Positions 21,451 to 32,728 are shown, numbered from the stretch's first letter. The stretch: 38,585 bases of DNA from Octopus bimaculoides (GCF_001194135.2 NC_068991.1:15535563-15574147); one strand, 5' to 3'. The notes: generated from the letters alone by a model not told the origin. Made by a program: numbers and translations.

Positions 21451-21689
21451 CAGGTTCTTAGCCATGCACTGACTCGCACGCACACACACACACACAGACC
21501 CAGGACACTTGCAGCAGCTGTGAGTTTATAGTGCATTACAACCTAGGTAAGCACCCATTTGATTTTAAGTTCAGATTTCAATAAAGTCATCGACTCGTTT
21601 TTATCCTTCCTTAACAACATGAACAAACTTCAGACATGGTTTTGCCATTAGGCCATCAATGTGTTTTTGTTTGTTCAATTTTTTTTTTT

Positions 21690-22108
21690 CATTTGTTTCG
21701 GTCATTAGATTGAGACCGTGCTGGAGCAACGCCTTGAACAATTTGTTTTTAGTTGAATGAATCGACTCCAGGACTTACATTTTGTTAAGCTTGGTAATTA
21801 TTCTACCGATCTCTCTTGCCGGACCGCTAAGTTGCCGGTACGTAAACACACCAGCACCGGTTCTCGAGTGGTGATAGGAGACAAACACACGCACACATAC
21901 ACAGACACACACACACAGAGACACACACACACACATACATATATACGACAGGCTTCTTTCAGTTTCCGTCTACCAAATCAACTCACAAGGCTTTGATCGG
22001 CCCAAGGCTATAGTAGAAGACATTTGCCCAAGTTGTCACATACTGGGACTGAACTCGGATCCATGTGGTTGGTAAGCAAGCTTCTTACGACGCAGGCACG
22101 CCCGCGCC
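21690..22108 (-). mobile_element. SINE family B, full-length (tRNA-like head, central (TG)n, 3' region)
   Basis: Minus-strand head ggcgcgggcgtgcctgcgtcgtaagaagcttgcttacc..ccgagttcagtccc, a cttgggcaa central motif and an internal CA/TG run. Confidence 0.9.
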
Positions 22109-22164
22109 TAAGTCAGTTTTATTTTTATACAACGCTTTAATAGAATAACGAATGCAGAAGAGTT

Positions 22165-22428
22165 TTCTGCTAGTATCTCTTCGGTTACGACGACGAGGGT
22201 TCCAGTTAATCCGATCAACGGAATAGCCTGCTCATGAAATTAACGTACAAATGGCCGAGCACTTCACAGACACCCGTACCCTTAATGTAGTTCTCAGAAA
22301 GATTCAGCGTGAAACAGAATGTGACAAGGCTGTCCCTTTGAAATACAGGTACTACTCATTTTTGCCAGCTGAGGGGACTGGAGCAACGTGAAATAAAGTG
22401 TCTTGCTCAAGGACACAACGCGTCGCCG
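22165..22428 (-). mobile_element. SINE with a V-SINE-like core sharing the 3' tail of family C
   Basis: Minus strand ttgtgtccttgagcaagacactttatt core; tail is the reverse complement of the family C end (cctgctcatgaaattaacg..acccttaatgtagttctc). Confidence 0.8.
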
Positions 22429-23145
22429 GTTGATGTAGAAAAGTAACTTTAAATATACGCACGTACACACACTCTCACATACATATACACACAGGATTTT
22501 CAGTAAATTGCTTGGATCTTTCTGTTTGGCTGCACCTGTGGAAATTTTAAAGTTTAGTGAAAATTTTAAAATTTGGTGTATTGGTGTAATTTTCCGCGTT
22601 GAATCTCAGCGAGTAATTCACTTTTCTCAGAGGAACTTTTGAAAAAAGTTTCAGACGTTTAATATCAATAATGAGCTTACAAAGCCATGCTGATTCTCCC
22701 AATATGAAACCAATTGGAAAAAAAAGAAGAAATTCAAAAGTGGCAGCCAACCAGAAAAGATCCAATGGTTTCATAATATCTATATTAGAGTTATCAGTAA
22801 AAAAACTATTGGATATTTAGAAGACGAAAACACGCAATCATTTAAGTGGCCGTTTTGGAAGTAACTAATTTTCGTTATGCACAATAGAGTGTTAAGGGAA
22901 TTATTTACTTTTAGGTGAATTGCCTCCCTTAAATCGGCTGCTGGAAAATGCTGAGATAACTTATACAACAATAAAAGTTACATATAAAACGCAGAGAACA
23001 GTTTTATTAAACTGACAAAGCAGGTGGTAATAAAGATAGGTGTAGGAATGAATAAAAGAGAGTATGCCCAAAAGTTGGTTACATCTAGGGTGTCATGTAA
23101 TATATTCATACACATATATTTACACACACACACACACACATACTA

Positions 23146-23831
23146 TAGGATCATTCCGTAAATAATGCGTTTTTTCAATTGCATGAACTAAAAGTTGGAG
23201 GGGTATGGGATAAACTACCTGCATCAATTTGCTATAAAAGCAGGTAGTAATTTTACCTTGTACTTATTCTTAGTGCAAGTTTTGAAGAGTGCAGTTCGAT
23301 TTTAACAGTTAATTTTTCAAAGCTATAATGGAAGTGACAAAGGAGCATATTCGGCATATTTTGCTTTATGAGTTCAATAAAGGCCGCAACGCAACAGAAA
23401 GTGTGAGGTATATTAATGCAGTATATAGGAATCGGACAATAAGCATGAGCCAGTGTGAACGGTGGTTCCAGAAATTCCGAGCTGGAAACTACAGCCTAGA
23501 AGACGAGCCTCGTCCTGGAAGATCCGTAAAGCTTGACGAGGACGTCCTGCAAACCCTGGTGGAACAAAATTCCATCGTAACTGTTGAGGAACTAGCAGAG
23601 AAGCTTGGATTTGGTCATTCAATTAATCATCGTCACCTGAGTGCCATCGGGAAAGTCTGCAAATTGGGTCAATGTGTTACTCACAAGCTAAAGAAGGTCT
23701 TCATCCACGTGAGGTATTGTTATCTGTTTGGTGGGATATGAAAGGTTTCGTCCACTCTGAACATTTGAACCCAAACCAAGCGATAACAAAAGAGATCTAC
23801 TGCGAGCAACTTGAGCGGCTTAAGTCAGCGC
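23146..23831 (+). mobile_element. Mariner (DD34D-type) transposon, 5' TIR plus internally deleted transposase, truncated by an N-gap
   Basis: TA then ggatcattccgtaaataatgcg; ORF 23328 MEVTKEHIRHILLYEF..WFQKFRAGNYSLEDEPRPGRS (HTH), CVTHKL (=WVPHEL), joined out of frame to GLHPREVLLSVWWD..IYCEQLERL. Confidence 0.95.
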
Positions 23832-24575
23832 NNNNNNNNNNNNNNNNNNNNNNNNNNNNNNNNNNNNNNNNNNNNNNNNNNNNNNNNNNNNNNNNNNNNN
23901 NNNNNNNNNNNNNNNNNNNNNNNNNNNNNNNNNNNNNNNNNNNNNNNNNNNNNNNNNNNNNNNNNNNNNNNNNNNNNNNNNNNNNNNNNNNNNNNNNNNN
24001 NNNNNNNNNNNNNNNNNNNNNNNNNNNNNNNNNNNNNNNNNNNNNNNNNNNNNNNNNNNNNNNNNNNNNNNNNNNNNNNNNNNNNNNNNNNNNNNNNNNN
24101 NNNNNNNNNNNNNNNNNNNNNNNNNNNNNNNNNNNNNNNNNNNNNNNNNNNNNNNNNNNNNNNNNNNNNNNNNNNNNNNNNNNNNNNNNNNNNNNNNNNN
24201 NNNNNNNNNNNNNNNNNNNNNNNNNNNNNNNNNNNNNNNNNNNNNNNNNNNNNNNNNNNNNNNNNNNNNNNNNNNNNNNNNNNNNNNNNNNNNNNNNNNN
24301 NNNNNNNNNNNNNNNNNNNNNNNNNNNNNNNNNNNNNNNNNNNNNNNNNNNNNNNNNNNNNNNNNNNNNNNNNNNNNNNNNNNNNNNNNNNNNNNNNNNN
24401 NNNNNNNNNNNNNNNNNNNNNNNNNNNNNNNNNNNNNNNNNNNNNNNNNNNNNNNNNNNNNNNNNNNNNNNNNNNNNNNNNNNNNNNNNNNNNNNNNNNN
24501 NNNNNNNNNNNNNNNNNNNNNNNNNNNNNNNNNNNNNNNNNNNNNNNNNNNNNNNNNNNNNNNNNNNNNNNNNNN

Positions 24576-24618
<43 letters not shown>

Positions 24619-24994
24619 GAGGGAGAGAGAAAGGAAGAGGGAAGGAGAGAGGGAGAGATAGAGAGGGATAAACTTTTCAGAAGTTTATCATTTAAATATA
24701 TATGCCCATGTCTAGATATGCAACTAGATGCATAAGAATCTGCACATAAAACAAATACACAAATCTGCACATGCACAGACTCCAAATGCTGCACGTGTAC
24801 ACATATACATGCAAAAATACCTTGTTGATGTTTTTGAAATTCCAATGAAAGAGCCTTGGATCTAAGTTAGAAACCGACTCCTTCTCTATTGGCAAGAAAT
24901 CTTGAAATGAAACTGAATAATGACATACATACATACATATACATACATGCATGCATGTATACATACATACATACATATACACATATACACACAC

Positions 24995-25045
<51 letters not shown>

Positions 25046-25055
25046 NNNNNNNNNN

Positions 25056-25093
<38 letters not shown>

Positions 25094-25095
<2 letters not shown>

Positions 25096-25810
25096 GGTTG
25101 CGATGGGTAAATTGTCGCCATTTTATATTTTTAGTTCCATACATGCGCATTGTCTATTTTTGATTTTGTCGACTGTACAATGTAGTAGGGTCATTCGGGC
25201 ACCGTCTGTGAGAAAAACTGCACCATGATGCAATTCACTCTGCCAGAAATTTGGAAACGTTATGTTGTACTGCTTAGCATTCGCGCCGGAAGCTCCAATT
25301 CGAACATTTCAGAGTGTTTGGGTGCCAATCTGAGGATGGTGTAGAGGATTCGGAAAGTGTCGGATGAGTGTAATATTGATTACAAAGGTGCGGCAGGTCG
25401 GAAAATTCATTCCGATCTTTCTGATAAGAAAAGAACTGAATTTGTTGGTGAGATCCAGACCATGATTGACAATGATCCATCTAAGTCAATCAGGTCCATC
25501 GCCAGGTACATGGGAGTGTCTGAGTTTCTTATCAGGCAGGTAGTGTATGAAGACATTCGGTATTCCTCATACAAGATGAGAAACGGCCAATTTTTATCTC
25601 AAGCTCTCAAGGACAAGAGGAAAGACCGCGCTACGAAGCTTTTGAACAAACTCAAGCATCCCCTCCAGCTGAACATGCTTTGGTTTTTCTCAGATGAGGA
25701 AAAAATTCTGCCAGGATCAGATGATGAACACACAGCACAACCATTGGCTTGCCGTGTCCTCAAAACATGTACCGTGAGTAATAAAAATCAAACATCCAGT
25801 CTACATCATC
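25094..25810 (+). mobile_element. Tc1/mariner maT (DD37D-like) transposon, 5' part, pseudogenised
   Basis: ATG at 25225, stop at 25342, then DPSKSIRSIARYMGVS (HTH)..WFFSDE, a +1 frameshift near 25698, then KFCQDQMMNTQHNHWLAV..KHPV; ends before the second catalytic Asp. Confidence 0.88.
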
Positions 25811-25959
25811 CCCCGGAGGGGAATGAGATAAACTACCTGCATCAACTTCTTATACAACAATTTAAAACCAAAAAATTTCTTCTGGACAAATTCCATTCCT
25901 ATGTCAGCTGAAAATGCTATTAATTCTTTTTTTCTTTTCTTTTTTCTTTTTGGCATTCT

Positions 25960-26420
25960 TAACATTTTTAGCATAAATCTTAAAATCATCCACAAAGCAA
26001 TTGTAGGTTACAATAATATCTCTTATAGCTACAGATCCTAGCATGTAGCCATGAGTGGGGAATTGAGTCAAATGCCTTCCTATAATCAAGCCATAGTGTT
26101 GTGAGGTTCCTACGATGTTTTTCTTATACCTCAGACAGTACAGCTTTATCCGTAGTTGTTCGACACATCACCAAACTCTCTTCTTTCTACCGGCCTGCTC
26201 ATCAGTCACTATGTTGTTGGACTCACAATGATCCTGGAAGAACTGGTTGAGGCAGTCTGTATACAGTTTAATATATTTTAATACAGATTAGTAATATTTA
26301 GGCAAGCAATGGGCCTGTAGTTTTCAGGCAACTTGGTGATTTCATTCTTGGCCGCGAGATTCACCCGTGCTATGGCAAGCCAATTTGCATGTCAATCTGA
26401 TCTTCCATGGTACTTTTATG
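25960..26420 (-). mobile_element. R4/Dong-like non-LTR RT fragment with an internal deletion
   Basis: Minus strand reads WLAIARVNLAAKNEITKLPENYRPIACLNI..EQAGRKKRVW..WLDYRKAFDSIPHSWL, then jumps to FVDDFKIYAKN. Confidence 0.8.
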
Positions 26421-26480
26421 CATATATAAACACATACATAGATGAATACATACATGAAATACATACATAGATGAAGAAAA

Positions 26481-26710
26481 GGCGGCGAGCTGGCAGAAAC
26501 GTTAGCACGCCTGGCGAAATGCTTAGCGGTATTTCGTCTGCTGCTATGTTTTGAGTTCAAATTCCGCCGAGTTCGACTTTGCCCTTCATCCTTTCGGGTC
26601 GACTAAATAAGTACCAGTTACGCACTGGAGTCGATATAATCGACTTAATCCGTTTGTCTGTCCTTATTTGTCCCCTCTGTGTGTAGCCCCTTGTGTGTAG
26701 TAAAGAAATA
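26481..26710 (+). mobile_element. SINE family A, young-looking copy with an alternative 3' end
   Basis: ggcggcgagctggcagaaacgttagcacgcc head with CpGs retained, gagttcaaattcc B-box; atacatagatgaa occurs on both flanks (possible 13-bp TSD). Confidence 0.95.
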
Positions 26711-27694
26711 ATACATAGATGAACACGCACACACTCACATATATATATATATACACATATATATATATTTCGTTTTGGGATTTGGTTTGCAAGATTTTTT
26801 ATGTGATTTCGTGTGTTGAAGCATATTCTGTTGTGTCTGGGGAGAGTCATTTTCTTATTGTGCCTTAAATTTTACCGGTAAGTGTGTTAAATTTTAAGGC
26901 ACANNNNNNNNNNNNNNNNNNNNNNNNNNNNNNNNNNNNNNNNNNNNNNNNNNNNNNNNNNNNNNNNNNNNNNNNNNNNNNNNNNNNNNNNNNNNNNNNN
27001 NNNNNNNNNNNNNNNNNNNNNNNNNNNNNNNNNNNNNNNNNNNNNNNNNNNNNNNNNNNNNNNNNNNNNNNNNNNNNNNNNNNNNNNNNNNNNNNNNNNN
27101 NNNNNNNNNNNNNNNNNNNNNNNNNNNNNNNNNNNNNNNNNNNNNNNNNNNNNNNNNNNNNNNTATATATATATATATATATATTTGTGTGTATGTGTGT
27201 CTGTGTGCTTAGATATACGTATAACTTTGCAGCTATACCTTCACAAATTCGTAGGTAGAATAACATTTCAACAAAAACTAGATACGAAATCTGGAAACCG
27301 TAACTGACAAAACAGGCAAAAATTTCAGAATAATAATTAGAGCGACAAACAAATAAACATCTAACAAAAACCTATTTAATGACTCTAGATAAACAGGTTA
27401 TGAAACAGACGAAAATAACAGGAGCGTAACTATTAGAATAAAATAACAGAAATTGCGCAAATACTGGTCTACGTCTAGATAAACAGGAAAACTTCAAAAC
27501 AACACATAAAATTAATGATAAAACAGCGAATGTGACTCACGAAAGCATAGCAAAATCAACGAACTAACAAATGAAACCATGACACCCATAGACAACGCCC
27601 TAAAGAACAAACATATTTACAGAAAACGATATTGGAAGATAACTAATACCGTATATGTATATGTGTATACATACATACATACATACATACATGC

Positions 27695-27762
27695 ATACGC
27701 AGTGTGACTGAACCCAGAACCATGTGGCTGGAAAGCAAGCTACTTACTACACAGCCACTCCT
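27695..27762 (-). mobile_element. SINE family B head fragment
   Basis: cgcagtgtgactgaacccagaaccatgtggctggaaagcaagctacttactacacagccactcctg matches 22040-22108. Confidence 0.85.
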
Positions 27763-28137
27763 GATATATATATATATATATATANNNNNNNNNNNNNNNN
27801 NNNNNNNNNNNNNNNNNNNNNNNNNNNNNNNNNNNNNNNNNNNNNNNNNNNNNNNNNNNNNNNNNNNNNNNNNNNNNNNNNNNNNNNNNNNNNNNNNNNN
27901 NNNNNNNNNNNNNNNNNNNNNNNNNNNNNNNNNNNNNNNNNNNNNNNNNNNNNNNNNNNNNNNNNNNNNNNNNNNNNNNNNNNNNNNNNNNNNNNNNNNN
28001 NNNNNNNNNNNNNNNNNNNNNNNNNNNNNNNNNNNNNNNNNNNNNNNNNNNNNNNNNNNNNNNNNNNNNNNNNNNNNNTATACATATATATATTTATATA
28101 CATATATATATTTATATACATATATATATGTAGAGAG

Positions 28138-28315
28138 TGTTAGAAGCGGTGACAACCGATATTGGTGTTTTACATCCCCGTAACTTAACGGTTCGGCCCA
28201 AGAGACCGATAAAATAAGTACTAGGCTTACAAAGAATAAGTCCTAGGGTCGATTCGATCGACTAAAGGCGGTGCTCCAGCATGGCTGCAGTCAAATGACT
28301 GAAACACGTAAAAGA
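28138..28315 (+). mobile_element. SINE family B 3' part
   Basis: ggtgtttacatccccgtaacttaacggttcgg..ggcggtgctccagcatggctgcagtcaaatgactgaaac is the reverse complement of 8800-8945. Confidence 0.9.
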
Positions 28316-28621
28316 ACATTTCAAATAATCGATAAAACAATTTAAAATACAATGAATAATCAATTTCTTTTATCCCAGAAGTCTCTTTTATGATAAGTGT
28401 TTGTTTTGATCATACATTACAACTGAAATGGATCTTTTTAATGCAAACTTTGGGACAATTTCCGATATCAGATCATCGGAAGCAGCTTTACTTTTATTGT
28501 GTTTTTTTAAAGGAAAATCGGAAGTTTTTTTATGACTCAACACAGGACTGCTTTAGTACCATTATAGACCACAGTGAAAATCAATGCGCTAGGTCTCTAC
28601 AGCATTGAGAGCTAAGCACAG

Positions 28622-28929
28622 TGTTCATAGATGTATAGTGAAACGGCGTACTCCTCCCGGTTAAAAGTGGTAGGAACCAGCCATTGTAAATAGACGGTCG
28701 TCAAGAGAAGATTGAGAGTCGAAGAGTTGAGAGTCGACAGTTCTAGTCAGTGTCTTAAGGAGCTATCAGCGATAGTAAGGCAGAAAAAATTAATGTATTA
28801 TTATCCCAGTGTGAAGAGATACAACGGTATCCGATGACTAGTAACTATTGTGGCTACTAGCATAAAACAGCTACTACAGTACAACGGCAGTCACACATCA
28901 CACCAGTAGGAGGAACCCACTTTACAACA
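28622..28929 (+). mobile_element. Putative 5' LTR of a Gypsy element
   Basis: TGTT...AACA termini, ending 1 nt before the PBS. The left boundary is inferred; there is no second LTR in the window to confirm it. Confidence 0.6.
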
Positions 28930-28930
28930 G

Positions 28931-28941
28931 TGGCGACGAGG
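28931..28941 (+). promoter_or_regulatory. Primer-binding site complementary to the tRNA-Ser(GCU) 3' end
   Basis: TGGCGACGAGG is complementary to ..CCUCGUCGCCA; it lies between the LTR and gag. Confidence 0.85.
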
Positions 28942-29066
28942 GAAAACAAATTTACGCGGAGTGAAAAGAACACGGAGGGTTTAAACTAATTCACATGGAA
29001 AATTAAATACGTCGACAAAAAAGAAACAAAAATCTTGTTGAGCAAACTTACGAAAATCGTAAAAGT

Positions 29067-30086
29067 ATGGAAGACTTGTTAGCTGGGATAGTTGAGTTGC
29101 AAAAATAACAACAACAACTCAAGGAACAATGAGAACAACAACAAGGATTGCAGCAGCAAATGTTACACCTAATGAAGTTGATAACCAAACTGGAGAATAC
29201 ATTTTCACCTGACCATGTAGCAAATTCCATAAGCGAATTCAAATATGACTCAAGAAGAAGTAAACTTTGAGGTTTACTTTCGAAGATTTCAAATTTTTGA
29301 AAAAGAATGTCATGACTGGACAGACGAAACGAAAACGCGTCTAGTTTTAAGAAAACTAGCGACAGCAGAGCATGAGAAGTATAGTAACTTCATATTGCAA
29401 AAAAAAAAGCAAAAACAAAAAAAACAAAAAACAAGTCTGACATAAATTTCACCGACACGATTGACATTTTATGTAAGATGTTTAGTGAAAAGAGCTCACT
29501 GTTTAATACTAGATGGAAATGTTTAAACATAGAAAAAAGCGAAGATGAAGACTTCTATACTAACACAGGCAGAATCAACAAAGAATATAAGAGATTTACG
29601 CTGGATATGCTTATTCCAGATTCTTTGAAGTGTTTGATTTTTGTACAAGGATCGACAAATAAAAAGGATGCAGAAATCCGAACGGAAATTCTAGCAAAAG
29701 TGCGTTTTCACATAAGGGCAGTGCAAAAAAAGTCGGAAGACAAATAAAGTGTTGCAGGAAGAACAGAAAAAAATTGGGATATAGACCCATGTATGGCATG
29801 TGGTGGGACGCACCTGAAAAGAGTTTGTCCAAATGAAAAAATCAAAGTGTTTTCGTGACGGGTTGATAGGATATATAAAATTGCACTGCAAAACTAGAAT
29901 GAAAGGAAAATGGAACGAACAAGAAAAAAATAAAGTTTGTCAGCAGGAAAATGTGTGACTACAACAAACAGAAAATTCGTGAATGTGAAAATTGAAACCA
30001 CTAGTGTCAGAATGCAATTAGATATGGGAAGTGACATCACAATCATAAATGAGAAAACATGGGAACAAATGGATAAACCAAAATTA
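29067..30086 (+). pseudogene. Gypsy (Mag-like) gag plus aspartic protease remnant
   Basis: Q-rich N-terminus, FEVYFRR..KTRLVLRKL, SLFNTRWKCL..KCLIFVQG, Cys/His knuckle remnant PCMACGGTHLKRVCP (~29786-29830), protease KFVNVKI..MQLDMGSDITII (DTG to DMG); several stops and frameshifts. Confidence 0.9.
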
Positions 30087-30089
30087 TGA

Positions 30090-30460
30090 TTGTAAACACA
30101 TCTAGAAGAATGTTAGGAAAATATAGAAAGAAATTTTTAAAATTCTTTAGAAATATAGGTCAATCTATAACGATAGAAGATGACTAACTCTGTTAATTTC
30201 TTATGAATCCTTTCATAAACCTAATGAAAACATAAAATATATAAATATTGGGAGTAATCACCCCAAATCGGTAACAAACTCACTAATGAAGAATATTTCG
30301 ACAAGAACAACTAACTTATCAGCCATTGAGAATATTTTCAAACAAAATGAAAACTACTGTAACTTAGCACTTAGGAAAGCGAGATATAAAGATAAAATAA
30401 AGTTTAATAAGTCGAATAATGAATCTGATTTAACAATAATTTTAATAACGCAAATCTAAA
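30090..30460 (+). mobile_element. Penelope-like element RT C-terminal (thumb) remnant, not in the ORF track
   Basis: KKFLKFFRNIGQSITIE..TNSVNFL, then from 30202 YESFHKPNENIKYINIGSNHPKSV..NLSAIENIF..YCNLALRKARYKDKIKF, matching the PLE pattern YRKPN..YI..SNHP..EEIF..Y..AL..SGY. Confidence 0.8.
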
Positions 30461-30534
30461 ATCTAGTACTATAAGTAATACTACTTATAAGAAAAATAAT
30501 AATGGAAATCTAAAATCAAATAGAGAAGTTAATA

Positions 30535-31205
30535 AAATTTTTTTCCCACGTGAGTTCCGGATCCCAGTTATGAACTCATTTGCATACAACCAATCAGAGC
30601 TGAACTACCAAATTAGCGTCCACCTAGTCACGAAAATACTCTGGTTGAGTTTAGTGGAAAATGTGCGTTATAGCAAAATCTAACTGTACTAAACGGGTTG
30701 ATAGGGGAGACAAATGTGAAATTTAGTGTATAAAGTGAATGGGGAACTGCTCACCGATGATGCCATAAGTGTTGCTAATTTGCGTAATTTACTAGAAAAT
30801 GTAAATGAGTGTTGTTTCCTAATTTTTTGACTGAGGTTTGTACATTCCTAATTTAAAATGTTGGTGTTGATCTGGAAACATCGTAATCAATATGGCGTTG
30901 CATCGTATTGCGCCCTCCTTGCATATATCAATGGGTACATGCAGTATCACTCAGTCTGAGCATAGGTACCTAATGTTAGCTCCATATAGAGGTGGTTCTC
31001 AACTGATATATAAGGATGGTAGGTGGGGGATGTGGTTCTTATGTGAAACCTGCTCGGCTGTACTCACAGAGTAACATACACCATTCTATGCCTGACTGGC
31101 TGTACTGTAGTAGTACACAATATGTGGATTTTCAAGGTGAGCTCCGATTGGCTGTATGCAAATGAATTCATTACTGGGGTCCGGAACTCTCGTGGGGAAA
31201 GATTT
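30535..31205. mobile_element. 670-bp unit bounded by ~66-bp inverted repeats containing octamer and CCAAT motifs (MITE or inverted pseudo-LTR)
   Basis: 30545-30600 vs the reverse complement of 31140-31197: about 6 mismatches in 56 bp. Confidence 0.75.
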
Positions 31206-31519
31206 GCCACCCGGAACGTGTCATTCCTAGCGAGTAAAACCTACAAGTACTGGATTAACGTTTTAACTAAGCGACAGTTGACAGAGGCAGTTGTCTGTAA
31301 CTGTTTGTTGGGTGGGGGATCTCTGGAGAAGATGATTAGAGTAGAGTCTTTAAGCTTTAGTAAAGAAATAGCGGCAGAAAAATAGATTAAAATGGTAATC
31401 AGTAGTCCGTGAGTGAATTTGGTATTTATTTTTAGTCAAAATTTCGGTTACGACGCTAAAGCCATTCTCTTATAAATTGGTTGGCGGAAAAGCAATAAAA
31501 ACTAGCTTAGCTTCCTTCT

Positions 31520-32330
31520 ACAAAAAAGGAAATTTCATACTGCATTGAAACCATATTTCACACAAGCCTTTAATATTCGTAACACGTCTTCGATTCTTCG
31601 CTATTTTGGAAAACAATACTGATTGCTTACATTTATTTTTTTATGATACGCATATGTTTTCTTTAGATATGTTTTCTTTATACAATCAAGAATCTTCAGT
31701 CATTAAATCTTCTCTCGAAATCTTCATTCAATCGTTGCTGATGTCCACAGTATGTTCTTATATCATCATCTGTAAATAATTGTGAAATGCTTTCCATGCA
31801 TGCTAATTGGCAGAATTCCCTTCTGTCAAGGTTTTGTTTATACCATTTAATTTTACTTGTAAAGCTGCTGACTGCATTCTATATTCATACATATTAGAAT
31901 ATAATTGTTCCCTTGAAATTTCAAATTCAGATGACTCATCTTGTTAACATCAGATAAGTAAGCCACATCTCTGCGATTAAAGTCAATGTCTTTTGTTAGT
32001 CGATCATGATTTATAAGTAAAAAGTCAATAACAATATCGCAAAGCAGGAAATGCTTCAAACGAGACTCTTTTGACAGCTAAACGAACTTCAGTTTGAAAT
32101 ATCTTTCAAAATTTTCTCTATTCTTTTCACATAATTGACAGAATAGCCTTGCTTTGATTTTGTTAACATAAAGATTTACTGAAAGGTAGGCTTGAAGACA
32201 GCTCATCACTAAGTCTTTTAATGACAAGGTGTTGACAATTAATTGCATAGGGGACTGGAAATAGATCAGCTTCTGTCTTTTCCAGACCAGCTTGGTGGCC
32301 TGTCATAGATGGTGTACCATTAGATGTTCC
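31520..32330 (-). mobile_element. hAT (Charlie/Buster-like) transposase remnant
   Basis: Fragments NGTPSMTG (=DGAPAMxG), ARLFCQLCE..TEVR, AYLSDVNKMSHLNLKFQG and TYCGHQQRLNEDFERRFND. Confidence 0.8.
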
Positions 32331-32342
32331 TTATATCATACA

Positions 32343-32728
32343 CCGTGGAGGCGTAATGGCCCAATGGTTAGGGTAGCGGACTCGCGGTCATAGGATCGCG
32401 GTTTCGATTCCCAGACCGGGCGTTGTGAGTGTTTATTGAGCGAAAACACCTAAAGCTCCACGAGGCTCCGGCAGGGGATGGTGGCGAACCCTGCTGTACT
32501 CTTTCACCACAACTTTCTCTCACTCTTTCTTCCTGTTTCTGTTGTGCCTGTAATTCAAAAGGGGTCAGCCTTGTCACACTGTGTCACGCTGAATATCCCC
32601 GAGAACTACGTTAAGGGTACACGTGTCTGTGGAGTGCTCAGCCACTTGCATGTTAATTTCACGAGCAGGCTGTTCCGTTGATCGGATCAGCTGGAACCCT
32701 CGACGTCGTAAGCGACAGAGTGCCAACA
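32343..32728 (+). mobile_element. SINE family C, full-length tRNA-derived SINE
   Basis: A-box ggcccaatggttagg, B-box ggtttcgattccc, 3' tail shared with 16605 and 22165; atatcataca at 32333-32342 and 32729-32738 (putative 10-bp TSD). Confidence 0.92.

Noticed and set aside
28617-28621. Target-site duplication for the Gypsy element
   Set aside because: The 3' LTR is absent, so a TSD cannot be evaluated.
32347-32420. tRNA gene
   Set aside because: It has A and B boxes but no proper cloverleaf, and it continues into a SINE body with a tail and TSD.
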